This document shows, one piece after another, positions 14,011 through 26,664 of a DNA stretch of 64,000 bases. Each line of letters starts with the position of its first letter. Position 1 is the stretch's first letter. The notes beneath the pieces were generated by a model. The model was not told the origin of the DNA and did not search any database. It saw only the letters and a list, made by a program, of their open reading frames with translations. The DNA lies in contig JARFYF010000104.1 of the NCBI GenBank assembly GCA_030265395.1, positions 45,887,429 through 45,951,428 of the forward strand. The letters run 5' to 3'. This DNA is from Rhina ancylostomus. Its lineage: Eukaryota. The translations under genes and the position numbers were made by a program.

Positions 14011-16194
14011 AGGCTGAGAGTTGAGACCAGGGTCAATCTTCACAGATGTTGCCTTCTGATATGGGTTCTAGTCATCACCAGGGGAGCACATACAAAACAT
14101 GCAATGCTTCTAATACCCAGCACTGGCCACTGCACTGCTATTAAATGGACACCCACAACACCTTGTTATATATGATTCACCGTTCTTTGGCAAATATACA
14201 TTACAAATCTCTTTTACTCTCAATAATTCAAGGTCTGACATAATGTGATTTGATTTTTCCAATCACATTCCACAGTTTGAATCTTGTATTGTTTTCATAA
14301 TTGAAACTGAATAAAGATAGTCAAATGTCTTTAATGATCCAATTTGAGACATCCACATCCTTGGATAAAAATTAAACATAATTGAATAATCTGTTAACAT
14401 TTCATCAATTTACTCTGGCCTACATCATAACAGAATTTAGTTCCTAGAAATATTTAAACTGCAGTCATAACAACAATGCCCTTCTATTGAGGGGAAAAGC
14501 ACCTGGAGCCATATAATCCACTATCTAGTGTGGAGATTGTACCAAGGCCACATAAGTAATGGGCTGAAGTACATGGTGGCCTAAAGAATGAGGGAAACCT
14601 GAACCCCAAGGGCTCTTTGTAAGGTACAGATGAGTTCTTCTGGGCCACAAGGAAACAGAATAAACTTGCTCATATTTCTGCACACCCTTCAGCTTCTGTC
14701 TTTGTTTATCATTTGGCTGGCCTGCAGATATAGCCACAACACCTCCCTAGGCCCAGGCCACTGACTGTTCAGCCTGGTGATGTCATGAATATTTGAAAGA
14801 GTCCAGTGTCTTTTGGCAGGTGTCCCTGTTGAAGACAGTTCTCATGTTCTCAATATGGTAAGTGATTTGTTCTTGCTCATTCATGTACACTTTGCTGAGA
14901 ATATTTAACATTTATTTTGGTTGTCATTTTCCCTCTCTACTCTGAAGATTCTATCTTTACTGGAGAACAAATCCCCATGATCCAAATGTTTGAAACATAA
15001 CTCAAAAGCAAGATATTAAGAATGCTGAAAGTCTGAAATAGAAAATCCTGGGATACTCAGCACACCGGATAGTATCCATGTAGAGACAGTGTTAATGTTT
15101 CAGATTGATAGCCTTTTGTCCCTTTTAATACATGTGGGCCTTCACAGCAGCCAAACAACAGTACTGATACTCACCTTTTTACATCAACCAGAGTTGAACA
15201 CACTAGATTGTAATCAGCAGCAGTAATTATGAGCAACTATTCCAACACTTGTCATTTATCTCTTAGCCCAGTAGCATTCAGAACACTTAGGAAAATCTTA
15301 ACACAACCCTCATCTTGCATCTATCCACCAGAGTTAGAGACCTTTTCACTGAGGCACAATGCAAAGCTGGTGAGTTGGCCTTGGCAAGATCCTGGAGTGT
15401 GGATGAACCACCCTTGAGCAGTGGGCAGACTGAAAGGTGCTGCATTACCTGCCTCTCACTGTGGTCAGTTATTCTAGCATTGCCCCAGTTCACCACATTG
15501 GATCTTGACTGGCCATCTTGGGTGACTTAAATGTTTCCAATTGTTTAATTCCCGTGTTTCCCTAACCCCACCCAGTAGCTGCTCATCCTCCCTATCCCCA
15601 AGCTGATACCTTTGTCAAGGTCTGAGGGTCATGTTTGACACAGCACTTCATGGGTCTTGTCAGGATTAATCTTGGCTAAAGTCAGCAAATTTAGCCCAGG
15701 CAATGAATAGCCTGATCTAATCTATGAGATCAGGCCAAGCTTTCACCCACCAGAATTTTGATTAGGGCCCAAACCAAGCAGTTTAAATTTAGTTCAACAG
15801 TGCAACATTTTTCTTCTAATTGAATACATACTCATTCATTAATTGAGCCTAGCATATTTAAACACTTTGGGAGGAACAAAGGGAAGTGAACCCATTGTGG
15901 AAAATTGAAAGAATTTTTACCCAAACATACCTTTCAAGTTGGACTTATGTCTTACCACCCCACTATCTCCACAAGCTTTGTAAACCCATGCTAGAATGAA
16001 GTTTAAGCACTTACTTCATTTGAATTTTATAATGTTCACATGCCTCATCTGATAACCACTGACTGTGAACGAGGGACTTCAACTCTATCATTTTTAATTA
16101 TTTTCCACTTCTGTTGATAGAGCAAAGTGATTTGCATGCATAAACTGAGCACTATGATTAGCTGAAGCACATGATCTTTCTTCTGTTTTCATTG

Positions 16195-16335
16195 GGCATG
16201 TGGCTGTGTATGCATGTGTATGTGCACATGTATGTATACACATGTCTGTGTGTGCATGCATCTGTGCACATGTACATTGTGTGAATTGGTGCTGTGTGTA
16301 TCTAAGTGTATGTGTGTGCATGTACGTGTGTATCT
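16195..16335. repeat. Imperfect (TG/CA/TA)n microsatellite
   Basis: About 140 bp of mostly alternating purine-pyrimidine sequence. Confidence 0.85.
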
Positions 16336-16819
16336 GCAGTCAGCTGGAGAGAATATTAGAATTCATTATACAAACTACAATCTGTTCACATTCCTATTTT
16401 TGGCTTTTGTAATACACAAAGTCTGTTTGAATCTTGCAGGTTGACTTATCCAGTCTTCTTATCCTTCTGACTTACCCTTCAGTGACCTTTAACCCCAGCA
16501 GTGGTATCCCGCACTGACAAATAATTCCACTTAATGAATGTGGCTCAGTTGAGAACAGCTACCAAACATGCTTTACTGTCTATGAATATAAGGGTAGCTC
16601 AGTTATCCTCAGGGACTTGGTTTAGGCTGCCAAAAATCCTTTGGCCTGTTATTGTAGGTATAGGGTTAGAGTACTGATGACGCAATCGTCTTTTTAAAAT
16701 TCTGGCACTTGCTTTAAAGTGATTTCATGTCAATGCCAATTCTCTCAAAGACCCACTCCAATGTCCAAAATTACTTTCAACTAACTTGTTTCATGTTCCT
16801 TTTTCACATTTGTATTGCT

Positions 16820-17410
16820 ATGAGCAGAACCAAGTGAGAGTCTAACCATTTGCCCTGGACATTTAATGGTGTTACCATCACCAAATCCTCTCCCCCCACC
16901 CAACCACTATCCCAGGGAGTCATGATTTGCCAGAAACTCAACCAACTAAACCAAATCAGAAGCTGGTTAAACTGATGAGTGATTCACCTCCTTACACCTA
17001 AGTGCTGTTCCACCATCTGCAAAGTAGAAATCAGGAGCTGATAGAATTCTCTCCTCTTGCCAGGATGAGTACAATAACCACCAAGTCTGAAGCTCTACAG
17101 CATCCAGAAACAAGCAGTGTTCTTGATTGATACCACATCTGCCTCCCTAAACAATCATCCAGGTTGCTGCATTAGCATCTCCTAAACCCTTGGTTTCTAC
17201 CATCAGAGGACAAGGGCAGCAAGTAAATGGGAATACCACCACTTGCAGGTTCTCCTCCATCCTGATTTGGTAACATTTTGCTAGTCCTTCATTTATTGAT
17301 GGGTCTCAAACCTGNNNNNCTCTCTAACAGCACTGTGGGAATACATTCATGAGTGAGACTTCTGTGGTTCAGGAAGGCAGGTCATCTACACCCTCTTAAG
17401 GGCAATTGAT
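16820..17410 (+). mobile_element. Decayed L2/CR1-supergroup LINE 3' fragment
   Basis: Broken remnants resembling NHLPxTFNGVTIT, HLLTP..STIxK and EFSPLA, followed by a CTAACAGCACTGTGGG..GGGCAATT tail. Confidence 0.55.
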
Positions 17411-17779
17411 AGAATAGTCTCCTCTAATCTCTCTTAACTCATAAGAACCCATATGGCCCTGGAAACCTATCCACTTTAATGTTCTTCCAGAGCCAATATA
17501 CCTCCTTGATATCAACATGCTCTAGACTATCCACATCCCCTCCATGATCTCACTATGCTCCATGTGTTTCTCTTTGGTGAATACCAATGCCAAGTATTCA
17601 TTTAGTACCTTTCCCATTTCCTCTGGCTCTAGGCATAAATTCCTTCCTTTGTCCTTAGTGGTCATACCCTCTCCCAAGTTACTCTCTTGCATATATAAAA
17701 TGTTTTGAGATTCTTTAATGTCCCTTGTCAAGGACATTTCATGGCCCAGTTTTACATCTCCTGGTTCTCTATTTCTCCC

Positions 17780-18112
17780 AGTCATTCTCTCTTCCATCAA
17801 GAGAAAGATACAAAAGCTTGAAAACACACACCACCAGGCTCAAGGGCAGCTTCCATCCTGCTGTTATAAGACTTTTGAACAGACCTGTTGTATGATAGAG
17901 TCTGAATCTCTCAATCTACCTCATTGTGGCCCTTGTAGCTTAGTCATCAACTTGCACTGCACTTTCTCTGCAGCTGTAAAGGCAATACTATGTTCTGCAT
18001 TCTGTTATTGTTTTTCCTTTTGCACTTATTGTTTGGCATGACTTGTATGGATGACATGCAGAGTGACACTTTTCAGTATCTTGGTACATGTGACAATTAT
18101 AAACCAATTACC
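17780..18112 (+). mobile_element. Rex1/Babar 3' end
   Basis: Ends GGTACATGTGACAATTATAAACCAATTACC, matching the tail of the Rex1 element at 42545. Confidence 0.7.
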
Positions 18113-18467
18113 CTGTTTGATTTCAGCTTCCTAAACATTGCATAAGCTTCCTTATCTGTTATGTCTAAGTTTGCAATATCTCTTATCATCAAAGGTTTCC
18201 AAACCTTGCCATCCTTCATCATGCAAGGATATTAGTCCTGAATTCTGACCAGGTGGTCTTTAATCAACTCCCACATATCAGATGCAGACTTACCCAACAG
18301 CAGCCATTCCCAGTCTACTCTGCCCAGCTCATGCCTAATACTGCTGTAATAAGTCTTTCCCCAACTTAACAGTTTCCCCCAAGGTCCAGTCTTATCCTTA
18401 TCCAGCACTACCTGAAAACTTATGGAGTTATGATCACTGCTCTCAAAATGGAAATCCAATCACCTGG

Positions 18468-20293
18468 TGTTGTGAAACAGGTTCAAGGTCTCAGACACAA
18501 GAACTCTGAACACAGTCTTAGAGATAAATGATTTATTTACAGAAGACAAACACAGGGAAAGGGTAACAGGAATAACATACACAGTTGATAGCAAGCATGG
18601 GAAAAATCACAATGGGAGTAAAATACACACACACAACAAACTGGCTACAATCAAGGAAAAACAATACAATGCCCACCACCCCTTGACTCTGCAAGCACAG
18701 CTCTATGCTACCAGGTATACTAACTAAGATGCTCCCTACCCTTAAACAATGCACATCTCACCAATGATCTCTCCAGCACCATTTCACAGTGCTCAGCCTG
18801 GAGCAAAGCAGGGTGAATCCCTCAGAGATAAAGTGGCCCAGCCAAGCCCATGCGGCACTCTTTATAGTGCTGGAGGGCTGGGGGATCCAGCCCAGATAAT
18901 TTAAAAAGGCCAATGGCCAGGTGTGTACTGATGGATGGGGCGGGACTAAACCTTGATTGGCAGTGGTGTGTCTTCCAACCAGGTAGGGGCAGTGTTGTCA
19001 TGTCACAGCCATGACCCTCCACAATATAATCCACCCCTTGGAAGTCACACCACTCACCAATCATTACATGGAGATAACTATTTCTAAGCCTAAAACTATA
19101 TGTCAGTATACAGTCCTAGTGAAAGGCAGATGTGCTCTTGATAACCTGGCAAGCATAGCATAATATACAGACAACAATAATAATGAGAACGAGAGCAGTT
19201 ACTCAGTGGATGACCGTTGCCCACCATACCCCCCCAAGAGACCCAAACGGCCACCAGTTTCCCCATGAGGTGTCATGCTGGAGGAGCTGGTTCCTTGCTT
19301 TTTGAATTTTAGCCACTGTACTGAATGAGAGTGGCCAAGTGGGTGCTGTTCCTTGACTCATCAGGGATAAATGTGCAGCACTTCTTACCAATCACTGCAC
19401 AGGTACCACAATCAGCAGCAAAGTAGGTAATCCAAGGCCATTTGATTCTTCAGGGTGACCATCCTGACTGCCGTCAGCTCTGCTGCCATCCGCATCAGGG
19501 CCTCTTCGGTGTGCTGCGGCGCCACTGCTGTTGTGCTGGCCAGCACCTCAAGCACACTGGGCATCTGGATTACCTCACGGGCCAATCAGGCCATGCCATA
19601 TGTGGGAAAGGCTATCATCCAAAACCTCTCCACCTCCGTAATACTCCTCTTGTTCCAGTGGCCACTGTATGCCAGGTGCTCCCCAAGATCATCTAGAGCG
19701 TGGATATAGGGCACCACAAACGCTGGAAAGCAGCAGTCATACCAGCTCATGGGAAGCCGTGGGGAGGCACGGTGGCCTCAAATCCAGTGGGTCCCACTCA
19801 AAGTCCAGGGATCCCCCAGCTTAGCGGCACCATCGGCAGTGGTCACTGGCATACCCGGGTACCAGTCTCACTCGCAGTCACTGTGACCAATTGAAAGGTT
19901 GGGACTGTGCTGATTTGGGAGCCTGCACCAGCATCCCTTAGGTCTGCTCACCAGCTGTGAAGTGACCTTGAAAGTCAGGATTCAGGTGGAGGTCAAATTG
20001 TAGGGAGGGAAATACCATTTCCTGAAACACCCACCCCATCGGGGATCGNNNNNNNNNNNNNNNNNNNNNNNNNNNNNNNNNNNNNNNNNNNNNNNNNNNN
20101 NNNNNNNNNNNNNNNNNNNNNNNNNNNNNNNNNNNNNNNNNNNNNNNNTGTCGTGCTGGAGGGCTGGGGGATCCAGCCCAGGTAAATTAAAAAGGCCAAT
20201 GGCCAGGTGTATACTGATGGATTGGCAGTGGTGTGTCTTCCGACCAGGTTGGGGCAGTGTTGTCATGTGACAGCCACGACCCTCCACAATACA
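18468..20293 (-). mobile_element. Endogenous retrovirus: 5' LTR (partial), gap, env, 3' LTR
   Basis: LTR copies at 18468-19028 and 20149-20293 are similar over about 140 bp; TG..CA outer termini; 5-bp TSD CCTGG (18463-18467 / 20294-20298); purine-rich GGGGTGGAT precedes the 3' LTR. Confidence 0.9.
19130..20048 (-). pseudogene. env: Gamma-type retroviral env (SU C-terminus and TM), disrupted
   Basis: Minus-strand GTHWI*GHRASPRLPMSWYDCC..WNKR/SITEVERFWMIAFPTYG..VTLKNQMALDYLL-AADCGTCAVIGKKCCTFIPD..ALVLIIIVVCILC gives a furin-like site, ISD, CX6CC and TM anchor, with stops and frameshifts. Confidence 0.9.
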
Positions 20294-21153
20294 CCTGGCC
20301 AAGCTCATTTCTGAATACATGGTACGTGACCCCTTCCTTGGTTGGATTATTGACTGTATCAAGAAAACCTTCCTAGGTGCAGCTAACAAATTCTGCCCCA
20401 TCAAAGCCTTTGGCATTAAGGGAGCCCCAGTCGACATTGTGGAAATTAAAGTCACTCACTAAAACTACCCTGTTTTTCTAACCTTCCATAATCTGCCTAC
20501 ATTATCTATTTTTCTGTCTTCCACTGGCCTGTGGGAGGACTATAGTATAACTCCATCAGAGGGATTGCACCTTTCTTTTTCCTCAACTCTACCCATATTG
20601 CCTCACTGATGGACCCTCCAGGGTGTCCTCTCTAAGTGGTGCTGTGACATTCTCCCTGATCAGTAGTGCAACTCCCCTGCCTCAATTACATCTNNNNNNN
20701 NNNNNNNNNNNNNNNNNNNNNNNNNNNNNNNNNNNNNNNNNNNNNNNNNNNNNNNNNNNNNNNNNNNNNNNNNNNNNNNNNNNNNNNNNNNNNNNNNNNN
20801 NNNNNNNNNNNNNNNNNNNNNNNNNNNNNNNNNNNNNNNNNNNNNNNNNNNNNNNNNNNNNNNNNNNNNNNNNNNNNNNNNNNNNNNNNNNNNNNNNNNN
20901 NNNNNNNNNNNNNNNNNNNNNNNNNNNNNNNNNNNNNNNNNNNNNNNNNNNNNNNNNNNNNNNNNNNNNNNNNNNNNNNNNNNNNNNNNNNNNNNNNNNN
21001 NNNNNNNNNNNNNNNNNNNNNNNNNNNNNNNNNNNNNNNNNNNNNNNNNNNNNNNNNNNNNNNNNNNNNNNNNNNNNNNNNNNNNNNNNNNNNNNNNNNN
21101 NNNNNNNNNNNNNNNNNNNNNNNNNNNNNNNNNNNNNNNNNNNNNNNNNNNNN

Positions 21154-21441
21154 TATCTTTATTAGTCACATGTACATCGAAACACACAGTGAAATGCATC
21201 TTTTGTGTAGAATGTTCTGGGGGCAGCCCGCAAGTGTCACCACGCTTCCGGCGCCAACATAGCAAGTCCATAACTTCCTAATCTGTACATTTTTGGAATG
21301 TGGAAGGAAACCAGAGCACCTGGAGGAAACCCAGGTAGTCACAGGGAGAATGTACAAACTCCTTACAGACAACAGCGGGAATTGAACTCATGTCGCTGGT
21401 GCTGTAATACATTACATTAACTACTACACTACCGTGCCTGC
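21154..21441 (-). mobile_element. V-SINE with Rex1-like 3' tail
   Basis: tRNA-derived head GGCAGGCACGGTAGTGTAG; V-domain GGAGTTTGTACATTCTCCCTGTGAC..GGTTTCCT; tail TTTCACTGT..GTACATGTGACTAATAAA. Confidence 0.85.
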
Positions 21442-23607
21442 CATCTTCCGTCTTCCTCTAGCAAGTTCGTGCTGTGAGATATAAATAAGGCATTTCAAAC
21501 TTAGCCTGGATATCAGTAGCAAACATGGTAGCTCATGTTGATCACAAAATCTGGGCAAATAAATTCTACACATTTTAGAATTTTCCACCCAACATTGTTT
21601 CACAAATTTAACAAAGCCTTAATGCCTTAAATGAATAAAATATCCCTGGGATTTAATCAAATGAAAATGGAGACCACGTCAAAGGAGATCATGGGAGGGT
21701 TGCCTGAAGGCTCAGTGAAAGAACTGGATTCCTAGAAAAGAGAAACAAAGGACTGCAGATACTGGAATCTAGATGAAAAAAACAAGATGATGGAGGAGCT
21801 CAGCAGACTAGGCAGCATCCGCAGAGAAAAATCAATGCTGCCTGGCCTGCTGGATTCCTAGAAAAGTTTGAAATAATGGAGAATCAGAGAGTTTCAGTGA
21901 GAGAATTACATAGATAACTGAAGGCAGTGCTGCAAATGGACTTTGTAATGGAGGGAATGTGAGCAGAGTCAAGCACCATGTCACCATTCCAAACATTCTG
22001 CTGCATGCTAAGGCAATGAGATGATGGAAGAGGTTGGATCGATGTCAATAATGCAGATTTTATGATGAGAGAATAAAGAAGAAGTCATCTCAGTTCTCAT
22101 TGTTTAATAAGAGGAGTAATTGATTATCAGACTGGTGGTAGTACAACATGAAGGGAAGAGAAGGGTTTAAAAAGAGAGTGGGTTGATAGGCTTTCAATAA
22201 AGTGTTTTAAGAAAGACAGACCAGCAATATTATAAGGGCTTAAGCAAACACTGCTTTATAGCTAACAAAGTTTGTTTTTCGATGTAACCAGAGGGCAAGA
22301 TAGAAAATGTCAATCTACACATAGCATGCTCCCAACAATCATCTTTACTTGTCCATATCGAAAGCACTGCAGTTGCAAGCTTATCAAAAAAAAATTAGTA
22401 AGTGCTGGTAATAAATACACAATAGATCAGTGACCATCTCAGTAGAGAGAAACAGAGTTAATGTGTCAGGTTGATGATCTTTCTTTAATAAATATTTTTT
22501 TAATATGTGATATAATTTATGTTTGTTATGTTTTTTCTTGTGAATGTTGTGTATTTGACACTATGTGCCTGTGATGTTGCTGTAAGTAAGCTTTTATATG
22601 TGCATTTAAGTACTTGTGTATATGACAATAAACTTGACTTTGACTTTGACTGTAATGTAGAATGGGGGATAAGTATCATCCAGGGCTTGCAAGTTCTTCT
22701 TTAAAGTGGTTGAATTTGGATCTTTTACCTCATCCCAGACACAAGTGGAGATTTCAATTAACATAAGGCATTACCTCCAACAATACAGGACTCAGGCTGT
22801 ACAGTACTGGAGCATAGCCCAAGACAAGTGTGCTAAATCCTCAAAGGGGGAATTCAAGATATAACCTTCCATCTCAAAGTCAAGAGCACTGCCAATTGAG
22901 GAACAGTTGACAGTGCCACTCAAAGTCAAAAAAATGTCCCTGAAGCACTTCTGGCTATTATTGATTTCTGGAAGGATATTTACAATTGTGAAAACAAAAC
23001 CCAGGAACAAATATGAAAAATCTTGTGAACATTTTGCAAAATCAAATTGTTTCTAAATGCATTTTAGATGACTATCAACAAAGTGATCCCTCTGAGTCCT
23101 TGAAAATTCTAAAAAAACCTTCCCCTGAAACCGCTGCCTCAATTATGACTTGGCTAATTGGATTGTCTTGAAGCGTTGAATCACTTGAAAGGACATACAG
23201 TAATTAATTCTGATTTCTATTCATAATCAGCTAGAAGACAGAAAATTACAATGTTTAATTTAATATACCTGACTGGACTGCTGAGTAAACTATAGACACA
23301 TTTTAAATATCTTACATTTCATGTTACCATGATATGATTACAATGCCTAGCCCATATAGCAATTCAGAAATCTTTTCAGTTTTGTGCAAAGAACATATAT
23401 TGCAAGCTATCTTCCAAAATTAGTCTTGAAATTAACTGTTGGATACCACATGGACCTTTCCCACCTGGATTGCAGTGGTTCAAAAAAGTTTATTATTGCC
23501 TTCTCAAGGGTAAAGAACTGTGGGCAATTAATAACACCTTTGCTATTGGTGTCCGTGTCTTGTGACCAAATTTGAAAGAAAATGTTCAGCTTTCAGTTAA
23601 ATAAATA

Positions 23608-23945
23608 TAGCACAGTGGCCTTGCAGGTAGTCCATCTGTCTCACAACTCCAGTGACCTGGGTTCAATCCTGACCTTTGGTGCTGTCTGTGCTGAATTAAC
23701 ATATTCTCCCTGAGATTGTGTGGATTTCCCCTGGGTGCTCTGGATTCCTTCCACAATCCAAATATGTGTGGGTTGGTAAGCATAATCCCTAGTGCAGGTA
23801 AACTGTAGGAGACTTGGGTGGAGTTGATTTTCAGGTGGGAAAGAATAGGTTATAGTGAAATAAACGGGGTAATGGAATTGTTGGGATTTCTCTGAGAGCT
23901 GGCATAGACATGATGGGCTGAATATCCTTCATCAATGTCATTATG
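23608..23945 (+). mobile_element. HE1-like V-SINE with CR1-type tail
   Basis: GACCTGGGTTCAATCCTGACC B-box, V-domain ATTCTCCC..GGGTGCTCTGG, and tail GATGGGCTGAAT. Confidence 0.75.
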
Positions 23946-25289
23946 AAATCTGATTCATAAATACATTAGCCCAGGAGACAAGCAAGGGAGAAGAAATAAA
24001 CGTGACAACTTCTGAACCAGAGACCAAGGTGCTGAAATACTACTGCTAATTAGATATTTTAAGACCGTCTAGTCATTCCAGGAGGGATTCAGCTTCTCTC
24101 CTCAACAAATCTGAGACTGTAAATGCCAGCAGAAAGCCATTGGGGAAGGCGGAATTAATTGGAACAGTCCCAGTGGGAATTGTTCTTCCTGTTGAATGCT
24201 TCCTTCTGTTTCAGACACGAAGGGACTCAGCTTGATCAGGGTTGACAGGCCAAGCAATCCGGATCTAGTCTATCTGATCTATCTTGAGAGAGATGAAGAG
24301 TTTTGATGTGTTCTGTAAATGAAGATTAATGACTAATTGATTGGGCAGGAAACACCATAATCAGGGCCAAAGGGCATTCTCTATTAACATTTCCCATTAA
24401 ATGCAGGGCATGATTCCATGAAAGTTTTCTGTTACTGTACAGATATGGTGAACACCACATTGTGAATCTTAATATTAGGAATGTATAATGTAATGTCTTA
24501 GATGATGTTGAATAACCCAGAGGGATTAACAGAGATCAGATATTATATATACATTTCCCTGGAACCTGGATTTGTAATGCACAAAACCCCTGTTAAAGTT
24601 CCTGCAAATTGGGTCCCTCACAATAATAATGAAATGGCCAAAAGATATGTGAAATGGCATTAAGGTGTTTCATACTTAGAAATGCACTAAACTGGCACCT
24701 GCACAATTCCTGACACATCAAGTTTAATGGAATACACCTTCCAACATTTACATCAGAGAAGGGCAGTCAGACACCAGAAGTTGCTGCTGTGGAGAGGGAG
24801 GCTGCAGGGCAGAGGGGGTGTGCCCCTGAACTCAGTGAAAGAGATTTGGCAATCTCATTGATGGGGTACCTGCCAGGAAAAAGATCCTGGATGCCAAAGG
24901 CCAGCAGAACTGTTGGGGCCAACATGGGAAGAGCCTGGCTGGAGGTGAGTCCTGCCATCACCTCTAGCTGTTTCCACCCAATCAAACAATGCAGAAGGAA
25001 CTATTCCCTCACAAAGAATATCAACTTGAGCACCCAGCACTGTAAACTGTTGTAGTCAGCTATTTCAGTAATTAGATCGAGGCTTCGTTCATTTTTGGTT
25101 AACACAGGTTGGTCCTGCAATAGAGGATGGGGGACTATTATGTGTTATCCAAGTTCTCTTAGCTGATCGATATTGTTGGTGCTAAAGATCAGAGCGAGGA
25201 GGGTAATGTTGTCTGTAATGGGGGGGACATGATTTGACAAGCACTTTATGAAAACTGTCTCACTGAGGGAGTATTTTAAACCTATACAA

Positions 25290-25690
25290 TTAATGGCTTC
25301 CTCCTCTCCCCTGCCAGAAGATGAGGTTGTTGCTATCCTGCTGGGCCTTCCTCCACCTCCCCCGCGCCCCCCACCCCCCCAACCTGGCTCATCTTGGTCC
25401 TCCTGCTGTTTACCATGCATCTCCTATCCCTCAGGCTCTGGGTCTCCCTGCTGCTCTTCCTCTGGCACCAGCTGCTGTCTTTGGAAAGTGACAGCGCTCA
25501 GAAACTGTAGCTGGCGGAGCCATGGAAGTAGAGGAGAGTCCTATTCCTTCTGGATCTATCCCCTCAAGTCATGCCAACCATAAAAATGCCCAGCAGTTAC
25601 ATCTTCCTGAAGATAATAATGGGGGGGGCATTCACCATCAGGAAAAGCTTCTGATGATTCACAGATATTTAGCAATGGAAATGATAACCT
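25290..25690 (-). mobile_element. Possible decayed PIF/Harbinger transposase remnant
   Basis: Broken frames read GYH..IC-(D)HQKLFLMVNA followed by an E/Q-rich tail, resembling RKGxHSxNVQxxCD and the acidic C-terminus; needs several frameshifts. Confidence 0.3.
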
Positions 25691-26664
25691 NNNNTAAGTA
25701 GTTATTAATAAAGTAGATTTTAACACTTATACATGTCTCGGTGTGTTTCTTTTGTTGCTGGTTCATAACAGATACCACCTGTTCTTCAGTGAAATCATTG
25801 GAGGTGAATTATTTTCTCCACAAATACAGTGCCCAGGTGAGTTCTTTGATATAACCAAGCAGGAAACATGGCAGAGATCTGTTTGAACAGATCCTGTGGC
25901 AAGAAAGGTGAGTCAACATAACTTTAGTTTCCAGAGGCTAAATCAGTCATTAAACTGTGACCAAAGCTGTTGCCACATGATGTTGTATATCAGAGTGAAG
26001 AGAGCTTAGAAAACCTAGGCCCATGAAATAGTTCATCAAGGAGTTTCAGGTAGGAAGTGGTACCTCCAATGATTTTGTGGTTTTTGTTTTTCATACATGA
26101 CAAGTTTTTGTTTCCTGTTCCCACACATTATTTGTCCAGTCATTGTCATGACTGAAGCTTTCAGCAATGAATGCTGCCAGCACTATCACTTTGAGGGCAC
26201 TTATTGTATGAATATCTCAGGAGTCAGTTGCTGGAGAAAGCATTCCCTGTTCATAGTATTCTGTGGACTGCACAGTAACTGAGGTTGCCTAGTCAGCAGG
26301 GCAACTGTTAAATCACGATGAATGCAGTAGAATGCTCTGATGTTTTTTATTTTACTGAGACTGTTCAATGATGGTCATAGGTTCAATTTGAATCATTAAG
26401 TGTAAAACTGAACCTTATGCAAATCTGGGAGTCTTTAGATGTGCACATGGCAAAGAAAAAATTTCAGATCTGTTAACAGGATTAGAAGCACTTTGACCAA
26501 TTTCACAGTTGGTGCTATTTTATACAGAAAAATCACTAGAGCAGCCTAACCCAGGTTAAACCTGTTTTCTGTGTGATTTGAGCTTAAGACGCTGCAGCTA
26601 ATTGATCCAGTATCTTGGCACTTGTCATGTAAGTGTCTACAACACAAATAAGTCAAATTGATTC

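Larger units (their letters stand above)
17420..20690 (-). mobile_element. Fragmented CR1 ORF2 (endonuclease to linker) hosting Rex1 and ERV insertions
   Basis: Minus frames EMGKVLNEYLALVFTKE, HFESSDHNSISF and DFNFH(N)VDW..FGIKG..FLIQ; the CR1 sequence resumes across the ERV at the CCTGG duplication. Confidence 0.7.

Noticed and set aside
14820-14857. 38-nt plus-strand segment with good splice sites
   Set aside because: Too short to assess, with no recognisable product; such pseudo-exons are common.
16094-16444. Cys/Val/His-rich ORFs
   Set aside because: They are translations of the TG microsatellite.
20623-21271. Long ORFs here and at 32292-33046
   Set aside because: They consist almost entirely of N-gap translation.
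25772-25836. Plus-strand AG..GTGAGT segment reading YHLFFSEIIGGELF, like a CaMK GGELF motif
   Set aside because: The following residues do not fit a kinase and no partner exons were found.
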